64,000 bases of DNA from Octopus bimaculoides (lineage: Eukaryota). Position 1 is the stretch's first letter. Each line of letters opens with the position of its first letter. This document shows, piece after piece, positions 38,578 through 52,212 of the stretch. The notes under the pieces are model-generated. The model was not told the DNA's origin. It made no database searches and saw nothing but the letters and a program-made list of their open reading frames with translations. The DNA lies in contig NC_068982.1 in the NCBI RefSeq assembly GCF_001194135.2, forward strand, positions 36,006,360 through 36,070,359, given 5' to 3'. The position numbers and the translations under genes are program-made.

Positions 38578-40418
38578 TATACAGTTGTAGCTAAGAAGGA
38601 ACTTATTTAATTTGACAAGTAGTTCAAAGAAAACTAACGGCACAGAGTATCTAGAACAGTGTTTCTCAACCATTTTTTTTTGTTACCTATGGACCCCATT
38701 GATTCCTAATTTCACTCTACTAAACACCCCCCACCCCATAGCCATTTGATACTTAAAGCTCCTATTACATTTTTTGAATTAAATATCATTAGAAATTGTT
38801 TTGTAAAAATTGTTAAAATGTTTTGTACATTGCAGAAGTATAACCAACTTAATGCACATACATTTTAACAACAAAATCTTATATGGATCCCACAGGGTTA
38901 TATGGATCATTGTTGAGAACCACTGATCTAGAATGACTACATGATGAAGAATATTTTCATGTTTTAATTAATCCAATGAAATCAAACACCAACAGTCGAA
39001 ACTATTTTAAGCAGCTGTTCTTTGATGGTTGTATCAAAATATTTTAGCTGAGGCTATTAGGAGGCTGAAATAAAATACAAAATTATTTTCTTTTTCAATT
39101 AGCAACTGTCCTAGATTGGTTTATAAACATAATGGAAATGAGTAAGCTTAAGAAATATGATTTAAAACTAATTAAGGAAAGGAAAGTTTACATGAAAATA
39201 GTCAAATCCTATGGGAAACTTGCCAGTTTAAGGTTTGGGTTAAGTTATCAATATTCCATTATCAATATTCTTATGGCTTCTTTTACATACAGTAATTTAG
39301 CAGTTTCTCTATCAGACTCAGCTTACTTTGATTAATTGTGACTATTTTAAGTTTTTCTAGTTTTCCTCGGTGTACTTCTATTCAAATTACTATTTATATC
39401 TGTTAGCTACTGCAGATTTTGAATGTAACTATATTTTACTGGAAGCTTTAGTTTAATATGGTAGTAAACAACTATTTTTAAAACAGCTGTAGCATCTTGA
39501 AATTAGAAGAAAGTAGCCAGGACTAATTAAGAGATAGTAAAATCCAAAGATATTGACAAAACAGTGAAAACCATCATGATCTATATAAATATTAGATTCA
39601 CAATCTCTTGTGATCTTTCATAACAACCACACAGACTCCATTGCAAAGATTATATTTTCTCAAAGACAGAAATTCAATCTTAAATGGTAGCTGACACTAT
39701 GAAACATATATGCACCTTTCACTAGTGTAGGACTCATGTACCTAGCATAATGCTAGGTACGATTTGGACCTTTCTCAAAGTAAAAGGTATTGTAGGACAA
39801 TCCCAAATATTTCTGACTGAGAAAACTTAATGCATGTTACACAGCTGGGCAAATACTAAATGTGAACCACAGATCCACTGCTCCAGTAATACCTGCCTGA
39901 GCTTAGTTTGGCGGTTTGGGTATCTTTTACTTGTTTCAGTCTGGGGTACTGCCTTAAAAGGTTTAGTCAAACAAAGTGACCCAGTACTTATTTTTAAAGT
40001 CTGATATTTGTTCTATCAGTCTCTTTTGCAGAACCACCAAGTTATGGGGATGTAAACAAATCAACACTGGTTGTCAAGCAGAGGTGGTGAGGGATCAAAC
40101 ACAAAGAGACACACACACATATATGTACTCACCTCTTCAGCAAGACACCTGCTCCTCTCCTATCAGTTTCTTATTCCTCTCGTCTATACTTTGCTCAGTC
40201 AAGGGGTCTTATCTTGTGGGCATTTGGTGACTTTTCCTGAGCTGCTGCTACATAAAAAGTGCCCAGTACACTCTGTTAAATGGTTGACATAAGGAAGGGC
40301 ATCCAGCTGTGGAAATCATGCCAAAACAGACATAGAACCTGGTGGAGCCCTCTAGCTTGTTTGTTCTTAAACCAGCCAATCCATGCCAGCATGGAAAAAA
40401 GGACATTAAATGATAATG

Positions 40419-40450
<32 letters not shown>

Positions 40451-43400
40451 GTATGTTATTTCTTTATTGTCCACAAAGAGCTAAACACAGAGGGGACAAA
40501 CAAGGACAGACAAAAGGATTAAATCGATTACATCAACACCAGTGCATAACTAGTACTTAATTTATCGACCCCGAAAGGATGAAAGGGAAAGTTGACCTCG
40601 GCGGAATTTGAACTCAGAACGTAACATCAGACGAAATACTGCAAAGCATTTCGCCCGTATGTATGTATTTATATATACACAACAGGCTTCTACACAGTTT
40701 CTATTTACCAAATTCACTCATAAGGCATTGGTTGACCCAAAGCTACATTAGAGATACTTGTCCAAAGTGTTGCATAGTAGGACTGAACCTGAAACCATGT
40801 GGTTGCAAAGTGAGCTTTTTAACCACACAGCTTGCCCAGTTTGTTCCTCTATGCATGTAAATTTTGATGGTGGCCTAAGTAGTAATAGGTACGTGTATGC
40901 TATTGCATGTAGATCTGAATTAAATGGAGTGGATAGTATTCTTAGCATGGAATTGTACAAGCAGAGTGGGGTGTCATAGATGTATCAGGGTATTTAGTGA
41001 TGTAGTGCCAGGGACTGTGGGTTGTAACTTACTTAACAATGAACTAGAGGCAATTCTATGTAGTTACTTCACCTGATATAAATAGCAGCCTAATTTTCTT
41101 TAAACTACTTTCTACTGTTTGATGCCTGAATGTTTGAGATGAATTATAAATAAATTTAGGACTATTAACCCCATTTTTTGAGATGAAAAAAATCTTCCAA
41201 CATTTGCAGATACTTATTCAAATATTGAATACTGTTTCCTCTCTGAAAACAAGGCTTAACCCTTTTTTCTTAACCAGATTTCTGTTGAACCACACAGCAT
41301 TTGTTTCAATTAATTTTGAAAATAATGAAGAATTTGGTAAAACATCTTGGTTGTTACTAAGCTAGTCACTGGAACATAAACTAACAAGGAATTTTAATTT
41401 AGATCACTTTATATAGAAAGTTTGTTTCATAGAAATAGGGGCAGTCTAGGTTGTATCAAAAGAGTTAATGTCTGAAAAATTATGTTCCTGTCTGAAAAAT
41501 TATATTACTGTCTTAAAAAAAAAAAAAAGAAAAGGAAAGCACACTGAAGAATTTAATTCTATTCTTTCTTCCCGCTATAAACATTTATGTATCCTTCCCA
41601 TTATAAACATTCATGTATCTTCTTGGGAAACTTCTATTATCATCATCATCATCATCATCGTTTAACGTCCGCTTTCCATGCTAGCATGGGTTGGACGATT
41701 TGACTGAGGACTGGAGCAACCGGATGGCTACACCAGGCTCCAATCTAATTATGTAAAGTTGAAATATTTTTTCTTACTTTCAATGCCAACAATGACACCA
41801 GAACAAAGAGGGTTTATATGTCAATGCTTGCTGACATATAACAGTGACCAGGTTTTCGTTATAGTAGAAATATGGATTTCTTACATGAACCAAAGAAATG
41901 TTTAGAGGAAGAGAAATAATCTAGCATTTTTAAGAGCATCAATAATCAGCGAGGTGAGATATTTACAGTTGAAAACAAAGCTGAGTGGGAAACTTGGTTT
42001 GCAAAGAACTTCTTATCTACTGTACTTGCCATAATTAACAGAAATACAGAAGTATCTTGCAAGATTGATGGCTTTAATAATCATCATCATCATTTAACAT
42101 CTGTTTTCCATGCTGGCATGGGTCAGACAATTTGCCTGGAGATAATAAGCTGGAGAGTTGCACCAGGCTCCAGTCTGTTTTGGCTTGGTTTCAATGGCCG
42201 GATGCTCTTCCTAACACCAACCACTCCACAGAGCATACTGGATGTCTTTTACTTGTCACTGGCATGGGTGCCTTTTATGTGTCACTGACACAGGTACCTT
42301 TTATGTGTCACCAGCACAAGTGTCTTTCACGTGTCACCACCACAGGTGCCTTTTATGTAGTATTTAAAAACTGTTGGAATCTATCAGATGAAATAGATTT
42401 ACCTAATAACATACAACTAGTTTATAAATAGTTTTATTCACTTGATCCTCCATTCCGTCTCGTCATCATTAATATGGCTTTCATTCTGAAATATCTGTAT
42501 TATAGAGTCTTTCAAGTGACTCGATCTTGTATCATTGTCACTGAGGCTTAATGCTTTCAGATATGACTTCATGTCTTCCTTTCTAAGATTCCTCTTGCAA
42601 ATATCTTCTATGACTAACTCATATTTTTTTCACTCAGAATGCATCATCCAATTCCATTATGCCTATACAAGTACAGTCATTTCTCCTTCACATATCAGTT
42701 CATGCTTTTCAAAATCAGTTGCTTTCTCAACTCACTTGCACTGAACCATTTTTATAAGATAATGTTACACATCTGATATCTAATATTAAACTGAATTTTT
42801 TCTAATCACTACAAATCCTCTATATTCACTCCCCATTTCACTGTTATTTGGCATTACAGTGCTTATGTATGCCTTATAGCCTGTCTTTTAAGCTGAAAGT
42901 GAAGTGCTTTGTTATCTCAAAAGTTAGTAAGTTAGTAAAATGTAAAGTATTTTCGATATTATTTCCAAGAGAGACATTCATAAATCTATCAACAATAACC
43001 TTTAAAAATTTTGCTACTCTTAAAGTTTTAACAATAATAAATAAAACTGCACTGTTTCAAGAAAACCATGATTAAAAACAAACAGTAATTTGAATATAAA
43101 ATACTTCTCCACTGAAGTAGCAAGGTTCAAAATTAAACAACAGGAGTGCAAAATATATGTAGAATTAATTAATCAATTTATGTTAAGGTTGCAATTGAAT
43201 ATTTGCTGAACAATGAAACCACATGCTTATTATAGAAGTCTTATAACTCAGTAGAGAGTATGGACATGATCTGTAAACTTCTTAAATGTGTATGGAGCAA
43301 GTTAACTTAGTAGAGCTAATTTTGATCCAAGTGACATAAATAGGAAGATTTACATTCACTATTGCAAGTCAACGAAACAGTACTTCTAATATTTATAACA

Positions 43401-44974
43401 TGATTTATATTTTTAAAACTTGTATCTACGTGAAGCAGTTGTCATTTGAACCAGATCAAGGATTTTGCTTGTTTGGCGATTACTTTCAATGACATATGTT
43501 AAATATGTTAATATTGATGATGTGTAATAAGTGAGAATGTGCTATAAGAATGTAGAAGAGAGGAGACAAGTTAGAACAGTGGTTCATATAAAATTCTGTT
43601 AAAATATATGTGAAATAAATTGCTTAAACTTCTACAATACACAAAATATTAAAATTTTTTAAAAATACAATTCCTATTAATATCTAATTATAAAAATACA
43701 GTAGGATTTTTTGTTATATTCATTGAATGGCTATGAAGATCTAATAGAGTAAAATAGGAATCAAAGAGGTCCATGGACAAAAAATGGTCCACTGAGTTAG
43801 AAGTAGATCCACAAATTATTTAAGACTTTATGAAAGCAGTTCTCCTGCATGCTGAAGAAACTAGAGCTGTTACTAGTAAGACTATTCTAACCAATTTAAC
43901 ACGTTTTATTATTATTATTATTATTGAGTGAGAGAGCAGTGCATGCCATCAAAGTGACACTGGGGTAAAATATACGAAGCCCATTATACCCATCATGACT
44001 ACCCGTCTGATAAGGGTACACCAGGCACATTGATTGATAATATTGAACTTATCATAATATTGAATAAAGTCTCAAAAAGTCACATAATCATCATCTATAA
44101 TTTCTGAAGTTCACTTTCCTATATATGTGTAAGTCAAATGGAAATCATTGAGGTAGATTGTTATGGCTAATGCTCTTCCTATTGCAAACTGTCACCTGTT
44201 TTCAAGCAATTTTGTTCATAAAGTTTAAATTTCTTACACCTGTATCAGCTTGCACTACATGTAAGCATAGCTCAAATCTTGTCTCATCATTAATGCTAAA
44301 GTTAGGCTTTTTTGCAATCACTTATACTACATTTCCAATAAACCTAGCTCATTCTATTTTTCTTTTTTTGAGCTCTTTGCAAATCTTGGTTTATTTTAAG
44401 GCAATTTCATAAGATGTCATTATGTATTATCATTGGGAAAACGTGTACGTAACCAATTACAAACTCTTTTGAACACTAGCTGCATGGATATAATCAGCTG
44501 ATCGCTTCAGACAGTTAATGACTGTATATTTGAACAAAAAATATACTCTGTTTTTAACTTATAGCCACATGACTCTTACAGAAAGGTGTTATCTTCAACT
44601 ACTTAATAGTAGTATGTAATAGGACAATAAACTTAAATCTTTCTTTGAAATATTATGTTCAGCATTGAAATAAAGATGCTGTTAATCTGGAAGCTTGTTC
44701 TCAAGACTAGAGATGACTGGGATGAATATTAGCATCTTGCTGTTTATGTTTAATTCATTTAACATTTCTACAATCAAATTTTTGCTTCTTAATTACAATC
44801 AGGCCCCCAGCTATTATATCAGCAATCATCTGCTGTTTCCATGCGTGACATCACGTGTGAAATTGTAGTAACTTATAGTATCAATGAAATAAATTCTATA
44901 TAATTCCATTAACACATCATTCAAATTTTACTGGATCAATTCTTTTTTCTCTTGTTGTCCAACCTGTTTAAAGC

Positions 44975-45022
<48 letters not shown>

Positions 45023-46201
45023 NNNNNNNNNNNNNNNNNNNNNNNNNNNNNNNNNNNNNNNNNNNNNNNNNNNNNNNNNNNNNNNNNNNNNNNNNNNNNN
45101 NNNNNNNNNNNNNNNNNNNNNNNNNNNNNNNNNNNNNNNNNNNNNNNNNNNNNNNNNNNNNNNNNNNNNNNNNNNNNNNNNNNNNNNNNNNNNNNNNNNN
45201 NNNNNNNNNNNNNNNNNNNNNNNNNNNNNNNNNNNNNNNNNNNNNNNNNNNNNNNNNNNNNNNNNNNNNNNNNNNNNNNNNNNNNNNNNNNNNNNNNNNN
45301 NNNNNNNNNNNNNNNNNNNNNNNNNNNNNNNNNNNNNNNNNNNNNNNNNNNNNNNNNNNNNNNNNNNNNNNNNNNNNNNNNNNNNNNNNNNNNNNNNNNN
45401 NNNNNNNNNNNNNNNNNNNNNNNNNNNNNNNNNNNNNNNNNNNNNNNNNNNNNNNNNNNNNNNNNNNNNNNNNNNNNNNNNNNNNNNNNNNNNNNNNNNN
45501 NNNNNNNNNNNNNNNNNNNNNNNNNNNNNNNNNNNNNNNNNNNNNNNNNNNNNNNNNNNNNNNNNNNNNNNNNNNNNNNNNNNNNNNNNNNNNNNNNNNN
45601 NNNNNNNNNNNNNNNNNNNNNNNNNNNNNNNNNNNNNNNNNNNNNNNNNNNCAGCAATGTACAACTAGCATAATAATAGTTTTAAGAGAAAACAAACAAT
45701 TGTAGCAGTCGTGATCGTTCCGATGAGGAGATTGAGGGTCAATGAAGTTAGCAGCATACAGGGAAAAGAATCTGTTTCCATCTCAACTTCAATATTATTG
45801 TTTATATGGTATAATAATAAAAAGCAACTTTCTCACGCGTTTGTCTACTTAAAAAATGCTCTTAGAAAAAACAAACAAACAATTAAAATAAGTTAATGAA
45901 CAACGTCGAAAAATGAATGAAAAACTGGCAAATTTATTATATTATGACGATTGAAGAAGCAGGGTTAGGAAAGAGGCAACTTGACTAGCTTTTATCAACA
46001 ACGTATTTACTTTACATTACAATAGATAGGATAACAAACAATAGAATAGGTTTCAGACCGAAATATCAACAGATCAAGAATTATATATACAAAATCATCA
46101 GCTATAGCTTAAATTCTGTAAATGTCAAAAATATATATTCAATAGAGGGAGCGTGGTTTTCACATTGAAAGCGAATTTTACAAAATTAATGACAGTTTAA
46201 C

Positions 46202-46240
<39 letters not shown>

Positions 46241-46813
46241 CACGCACATACTAGAAAATTCCTCACATTAATGAATCCGTTGAATTTTGCAATGAGATTC
46301 TTTCACACCTTTCTATGAAATCTATCCAAAACATCGAAAGGATTACTCATAATGAAAAGAAGCGACAATACATTCTGATCGGAAAATAATAATAGGAATA
46401 AATTAAATATATAAAGGGGTTGTGAGTCAAGTTGTGTCATTCCTATTGCCAAATTGTTTATAAAAAAGACTTAAGAATTCGTCAGCAGTGATTACGACAG
46501 TGGCGGGATACTACTATCTTCCCGAAAGGGGGATGTGTAACGAATAACAAAACTTCATAATACAAAATGAAAAAAACGACTTTTAAGGCTATTTCAAGGA
46601 TACGTTTTTTTTTTAAGGAATACACAGTAAATTTGCCATTATAATTAGCAGCTCTTGTGATGCGGCATAGTAGCTCGCACATATACGCAGAACGTGGTAT
46701 CATAAAAAAATATAACACATACATGTAGTAACTTGAGAAAGCGTAGGGTGATGCAGGTAGACATTTATGTATATAATATGATTTATAGCCATTCTTTAGT
46801 GAATATAACTTAC

Positions 46814-46912
46814 CCTCCATAGAGACTGTTTCCGCCTCGCTTTGTTGTTGTCATATGAACTATCATAGTTTATGTCGACAGCAAAATTCTCCTTAACATA
46901 CGCGCTGCTCAT
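46814..46912 (-). CDS. MAN1B1: MAN1B1 coding exon 1 (MSSAYVKENFAVDINYDSSYDNNKARRKQSLWR), cytosolic tail
   Basis: ATG with an in-frame upstream TAG; ends TGGAGG|gtaagt (consensus donor, phase 0); resembles human ...[25 protein letters not shown]; lies in a CpG-rich patch. Not in the ORF track. Confidence 0.9.
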
Positions 46913-47030
46913 CGTCGAGCGACTCACTAACAGCCGGCTACACTATTTACTTGCTCTTGTTTTCACTCTTGTTTCCACATTTAGTATCCGCAAGAGGGCG
47001 TCCCACAAAGTGCTGATTAAATTTTTTTTT
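46913..47030 (-). promoter_or_regulatory. Probable MAN1B1 5' UTR / core promoter (CpG-rich, no clear TATA)
   Basis: Visibly CpG-rich stretch (about 46440-47020) in an otherwise CpG-poor window, directly upstream of the exon 1 ATG; TSS not determinable from sequence. Confidence 0.5.
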
Positions 47031-47151
47031 TTTTCTTATTCACATTGAGCAAAATCAATATAGCAGGTATCTCATAAGTTAGACAGCTTTTGTTAATACA
47101 TTAATGCTTAAATGCAGTCTTAAGGAGCACACACAAACACATATATATATG

Positions 47152-47194
<43 letters not shown>

Positions 47195-47351
47195 CAAACA
47201 TTGAAAGACACAAAGAAGGAGTAAACATATGGACAAGTTTATATCTTCTGAACAGCAAATAGCCAAGATTGACTGCAAAAACCTATGACGTGGAAAAGAA
47301 AAATCCCTACAAAAACAAGAAAAAGGCCAACAATGATGAAAAGCTTCCAAA

Positions 47352-48396
47352 CGGGCTTACCAAACATATTTTCATGAAAGTACCAGATTTAGCAAAATAA
47401 AAGTACCAAATTTTGCTCAAAAAATACCAAAAATCTGTTGAAAAGCATTGTATATATTATTCATAATGTACAGGGCTTTATTTTAAAGTGACTACACATT
47501 TAATGTACTAACTTTATAATTAGAAGGTTGTGTCATCGACAGGGTGAAGTTCCTCTTTGTACCAATGTCCTTGTCCTTCTTTTAATTTAGCACTAAGATC
47601 TGCATTGGATGTATAAGTCATGCAGTTTACATCATGAAAAGACGTTTTGAATGTAGCAGAGCATTGATTGTTTGGGTATGCCATTTAGACCTATTCTTGG
47701 CTTTAATGTTATTTAGGACTGAAAATATTTTCTTGGTTGCAACTGAAGAATGTGGCAATGATAGGAGCTGAAACAAAAAGCATGATCGAGCCAGATAACG
47801 AGCTTCATCTCCACATTTTTCCTTAGAAATTTTATACCTATAATCTTCTGGTTTGGTAGCTTCAGATATATCATTGTTATCTTGAAGTTTAAGCTCTCTC
47901 TATTCTTTATTAAGAGCTTCAATCTGACTCTCCTGAACAATATTTGGAAATTTGCATGCCAGAGGAACAATTCAACTTGGACCAATGCGATCACGAATGC
48001 TAACTGGTTCTAGTGCCTCTAGAAGTTTCAGATTACAGAAGAAATCATGTGCAAAGAAGAGCTGAAAAAATTCCTCCAAGGTGTACATAAAAATTTGATG
48101 TTTACACATGAAATTTTTTCAATTCAGTTGTACTAATAGATGAAGCTTTCTTTATGTAGATGCTTTCAACTTTTGCTCCTCTGTAAATTTCAGTTATGGG
48201 AAGATACACTGATGGATCTTTGATGTTAATTTCATGTAGCTCTTTATTTTTCACAATTTCTTTTTTAACAAAATTGCTAAGTATTCCCTTAATAGTACAT
48301 GTAATAGATTTGTGCAGTTTGTGCATAGTACCAAAAGTATGACTGCACACCAAAAGTACCAAATTTGGTACAATAGTACCAGGTTCGGCAAGCTTG
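47352..48396 (-). mobile_element. Non-autonomous hAT element retaining the transposase C-terminal dimerization region
   Basis: 8-bp TSD cttccaaa at 47344-47351 and 48397-48404; imperfect 14-bp TIRs (cgggcttaccaaac / gttcggcaagcttg, 10/14); subterminal aaagtacc repeats; LPHSSVATKKIFSVLNNIKAKNR...TINALLHSK on the minus strand. Confidence 0.85.
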
Positions 48397-48414
48397 CTTC
48401 CAAAGTGATGATAA

Positions 48415-48870
48415 ATCATCAATTAATTAATAATGGTTTTATATTTTGGCACAAGGCCAGCAATTTCAGGGAGGGGATAAGTCAATTACATTGACTCCAG
48501 TGTTCAACTGGTATTTATTTTATCAATCCTGAAAGGATGAAAAGCAAAGTTGACCTTGGCAGAATTTGAACTCAGAACATAAAAAGATGGATGAAATGCC
48601 ATTAAGCGTTTTGCCCAGATGCTAACAATTCTACCAGCTCACTACCTTATCATCAATTAATAATCCTTTCTACTAAAGGCTCAAGGCCTGAAATTTGGGG
48701 ATAGGGGAATAGTCCTCAACTGGTACTTATTTTATTCACCCTGAAAGGATGAAAGGCAAAGTCAATCTTGGCAGAATTTGAACTCAGAACATAAAGATGG
48801 ACAAAATACCACTAAGCATTTTGTCCAGCATGCTAATGATTCTGCCAGCTCACTGCCGTATCATTAACTA
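48415..48870 (-). mobile_element. Two tandem family-D SINEs separated and flanked by the same target motif
   Basis: atcatcaatta at 48415-48425 and 48649-48659, atcattaacta at 48860-48870. Confidence 0.7.
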
Positions 48871-50219
48871 ATAATGATCACAGATTTGTTGCTATTTTTC
48901 CCTAGTGGCAAAGAGGAAGGAAGCTTTCATGCTTATTATAGAATGGACTGCTACAGTCTCTCAAAAACTAGGTGAAAGATTAAATCTACCACCCAAGTAA
49001 AAATCATTTTGATTTTTGGCTGTATTACCACAAACTATAAAAAGACATTTATAGTTACACTGTTCTGCTATTGTATCAAAGCAACACCATACATTAAATC
49101 ACCTGATTTTAACTTGAGATGTATTGATTGTCATGGCAACACTGAGTCTAGATATTCAGAAAAATGAATCAATTATATCCATAAAATTTTCTTGACATGA
49201 TTGTGGCATCTTGAACATGGGACATCACAAGTCTGATGGTGACTTTTGGGTTTGATAGGGGTTTGGTTGCTATTTCTTGCAGTCTAGCTACCATACAGAC
49301 TTATCAAAATTTGTAGGTATTTCTATACATGCAGTAAAGATGGCTACTGCACTTGTAGCATTAAGTATGTGCATATATATGCATTGTTGAATATACTGAT
49401 AAGTGTCATCAGTTAATCTCATAATCTCTATCCATGTTTATAAAGACACATACATAAACTTGCACATGGGCAGAGAAATCAATATGTGTGTGTGTGTGAA
49501 CATATGAAAATATAACTCATGGTTGTGTGGTAAGAAGTTTGCTTCCTAACCACATGGTTCCAGGTTCAGTCCCACTGCATGGCACCTTGGGCAAATGCCT
49601 TCTACTTATAGTCTCAGGTCGACCAAAACTTTGTAAGTGGATCTGATAGGCAGAAACTAAAAGAAGCCCATCATGTGTGTGTGTGTGTGTGCATGCGTGC
49701 GTGCACATGTGTGTCTTTGAATCTGTGTTTGTCTCCTATCACCACTTGACAACCAGTATTGGTTTGTTTATGTTACCATAACTTAGTGGTTAGGCAAAAG
49801 CAACTGATACAATAAGTACCAGGCTTTAAAAACCTAAGTCCTGGGGTTGATTCATTCAACTAAAAATTCTTCAGCATGGCTGCAGTCTAATGACTGAAAC
49901 AGATTATAGATAAAAGATATAAATCAGAATAAAAAAAAAAATGATAAATTTCTTTATAGTTAACGTGTGTATATGAAACACAAAGAATTTGTACTTGAAT
50001 TTGGTTGAAGCCATGTGCTAAAAGTTGGATCTAGTTGGATCTATAACTAAGGTTAAAGCATAATGCACCAAATATTCACACATAGTATGTAGGTGTGGCT
50101 ATGTGGATAAGAAGTTTGTTTTGAATTCAGTCACCTTAAGCAAGTGTCTTTACTATAGTCCCAGGTTAACCAAAGGCTTCTGAATGGATTTGATAAAAAA
50201 AAAAATTGAGAGAACCCCC

Positions 50220-50267
<48 letters not shown>

Positions 50268-52212
50268 TTGTCTTGGTAGTGCATGGTAGTGTCTTTCTCA
50301 TGACAAGCAGTGGTCATTCATTTCCAATATTCTTCAAAAACATATCTGACCATGGGGAAATATTACTTTACTTGAAAACAAGCAAAGGTCAGCAACAAGA
50401 ATGTTACCCAGCCATAGAAAATCTGCTTCAATAAACTTTGATGATGAGTTAGGATGTGCTGTGTTAAGTAGTCACCTGCATCAAATTATTCCTAGAGTTC
50501 TTATGACTCTCACACATGGATTTCAGTAACAATGATTGATTTCCATTTTTTTGTTTTTCTTTTGCTGCTTTCGTGGATTCTCAGGACTCTCTGTCACCAT
50601 CCAATTCCATCATTATGAATTTGGAGCTTGAACCATAGCGAAACTTTCATTAGCTGATGGATGCCACCCCCATGGATTCTTTGCAGTTACTCTCTTGATA
50701 GAGCTTGGTGATCCTGACTTTTGATCTCCTAGGATCCTTCCACTCAGCATCAATCTAAGAAGCACCATTGACGTAATTGAGCTCTTCCTGTGCCTCTTCA
50801 CAATCTGCTATGCTGCAGTCTCATGACTTCACCACACCCCAGGCAGGCAGGCTGGCTAAATTGGCCCTATGCCTTGCCAAAGAGCAGCACATATCTATGC
50901 AGGGCATGGTCATTACTCTGTGAGGTATTTTCAAAATACCCACATACCCATCTCTAGTTACTGCAACTCAAAATTTCTCCACTAGATTTTCTCTTTAGAT
51001 CCAAGAAATACTTTAGTCCCTATCAGCTGCTGATCCTCTGGAAAACTAAAACAAGACCTATGTTGGAATACTTCTCATATCAGTAGTAACCAAATTACTC
51101 TCTACTCATACCCTACTGCTGCAGCTACACACACAAACAATTTGAATCACATTTTAAAGAAGGTCATCAAATTGATGGGTAAAGATTCAATCACAAACCG
51201 GCTTCAACTGTTGACTCACACATTCCCTATTTCTTCTCTCTGCCTCTTCTACAATGGCTTCTGTTCCTCTGAAGTAACAAGCAGCATATATTCACCCCAC
51301 TCCACAGCCTTGCATTCCACTCATCTCTCTTCCACCTGTTACCTCTATTATGCCTTTCTCCCCATCTCTGCACTAAACACTTTTATGTGTCTTTCCTCAT
51401 CAGAACTGTAACCTTCTGGAATTCTCTCTCTCTGGTCTATTTTTTCTATTGATGTTCAACCTGATCAGCACCAGTTACATCAAAGCTCATGGGAACTGCC
51501 CCTTCACTTCAGATTTATAAAAAAAATTAAATGAATAAAGGGAGCCACTGTTATATCCATGTTCCACTACATTCCACCTCAGTCAGAAAATATTTGTTAT
51601 TGTTTTTGTTGTTCTTGTTTAGCCCAAGATGAAGCCTGCTCAAACTTGTGATTAATGGTATCTTAATCATGACCATCCTGTCTGTTTGTATGTCAGGTTT
51701 TATATAATCCAACACTTTTATTGAAGAAAATAGAGTGTGATTTGATTGATGATTTTTAGCTGCTATTTCTAACAGTTAAGTTGATTGACCATGTTCAGGT
51801 TCCTTCAATAACATGTCATTCAAATAGTAAGATTTAAAGCAGAGATAAAATTGAAGGCAACACACATAAACTATACAGAGGACACAGTAATTAAAGAAGC
51901 AGCAGATTTAAAAGTTAAGGATAAAGAGAACTACAAATAAAAACAAGAATATTATGAAAAGAAATCACGATAGAGGAAGTATTTAAAAATAAATGACAAA
52001 TCTAATTGTGACATTTTTAATACCCACATGCAGTTGACCTGTTAGAAATCCAACATAAAAATATGAAACATAATTTTAGATCAAAATACAATTAAAAATA
52101 GATGTGGTTGTGTGATAAGAAGCTTGCCTCCCAACCTCATTGCATGGCACCTTGGGCAAGTGTCTTCTACTATAGTTTCAGGTTGACCAGAGCCTTGTAA
52201 GTGGATTTTGTA

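Larger units (their letters stand above)
8824..46912 (-). other. MAN1B1: Gene span (ATG to stop) of ER mannosyl-oligosaccharide 1,2-alpha-mannosidase (GH47, ERManI), 11 coding exons, 619 aa
   Basis: Exons joined by hand: 99+243+75+73+192+149+189+188+124+195+333 = 1860 nt, open from ATG to TAA. Type II topology (short tail, one TM, stem, catalytic domain). Motifs [69 protein letters not shown]. Arg in GARGD (human R461/yeast R273 equivalent) indicates the ER rather than the Golgi subfamily. Confidence 0.96.

Noticed and set aside
39738-39760. 11-bp-arm palindrome gtacctagcat-a-atgctaggtac
   Set aside because: Real but short, isolated and intronic, with no supporting context.
41780-42700. Peptide-like frames (KAEWETWFAKNF.. 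on plus; ELVIEDICKRNL..TEWRIK on minus)
   Set aside because: Short, stop-bounded and unassignable; likely old TE debris.
44836-44862. TGACATCA/CACGTG motif cluster as a UPR/ER-stress element in intron 1
   Set aside because: Does not match UPRE (TGACGTGG/A) or ERSE (CCAAT-N9-CCACG) consensus; short motifs are expected by chance.
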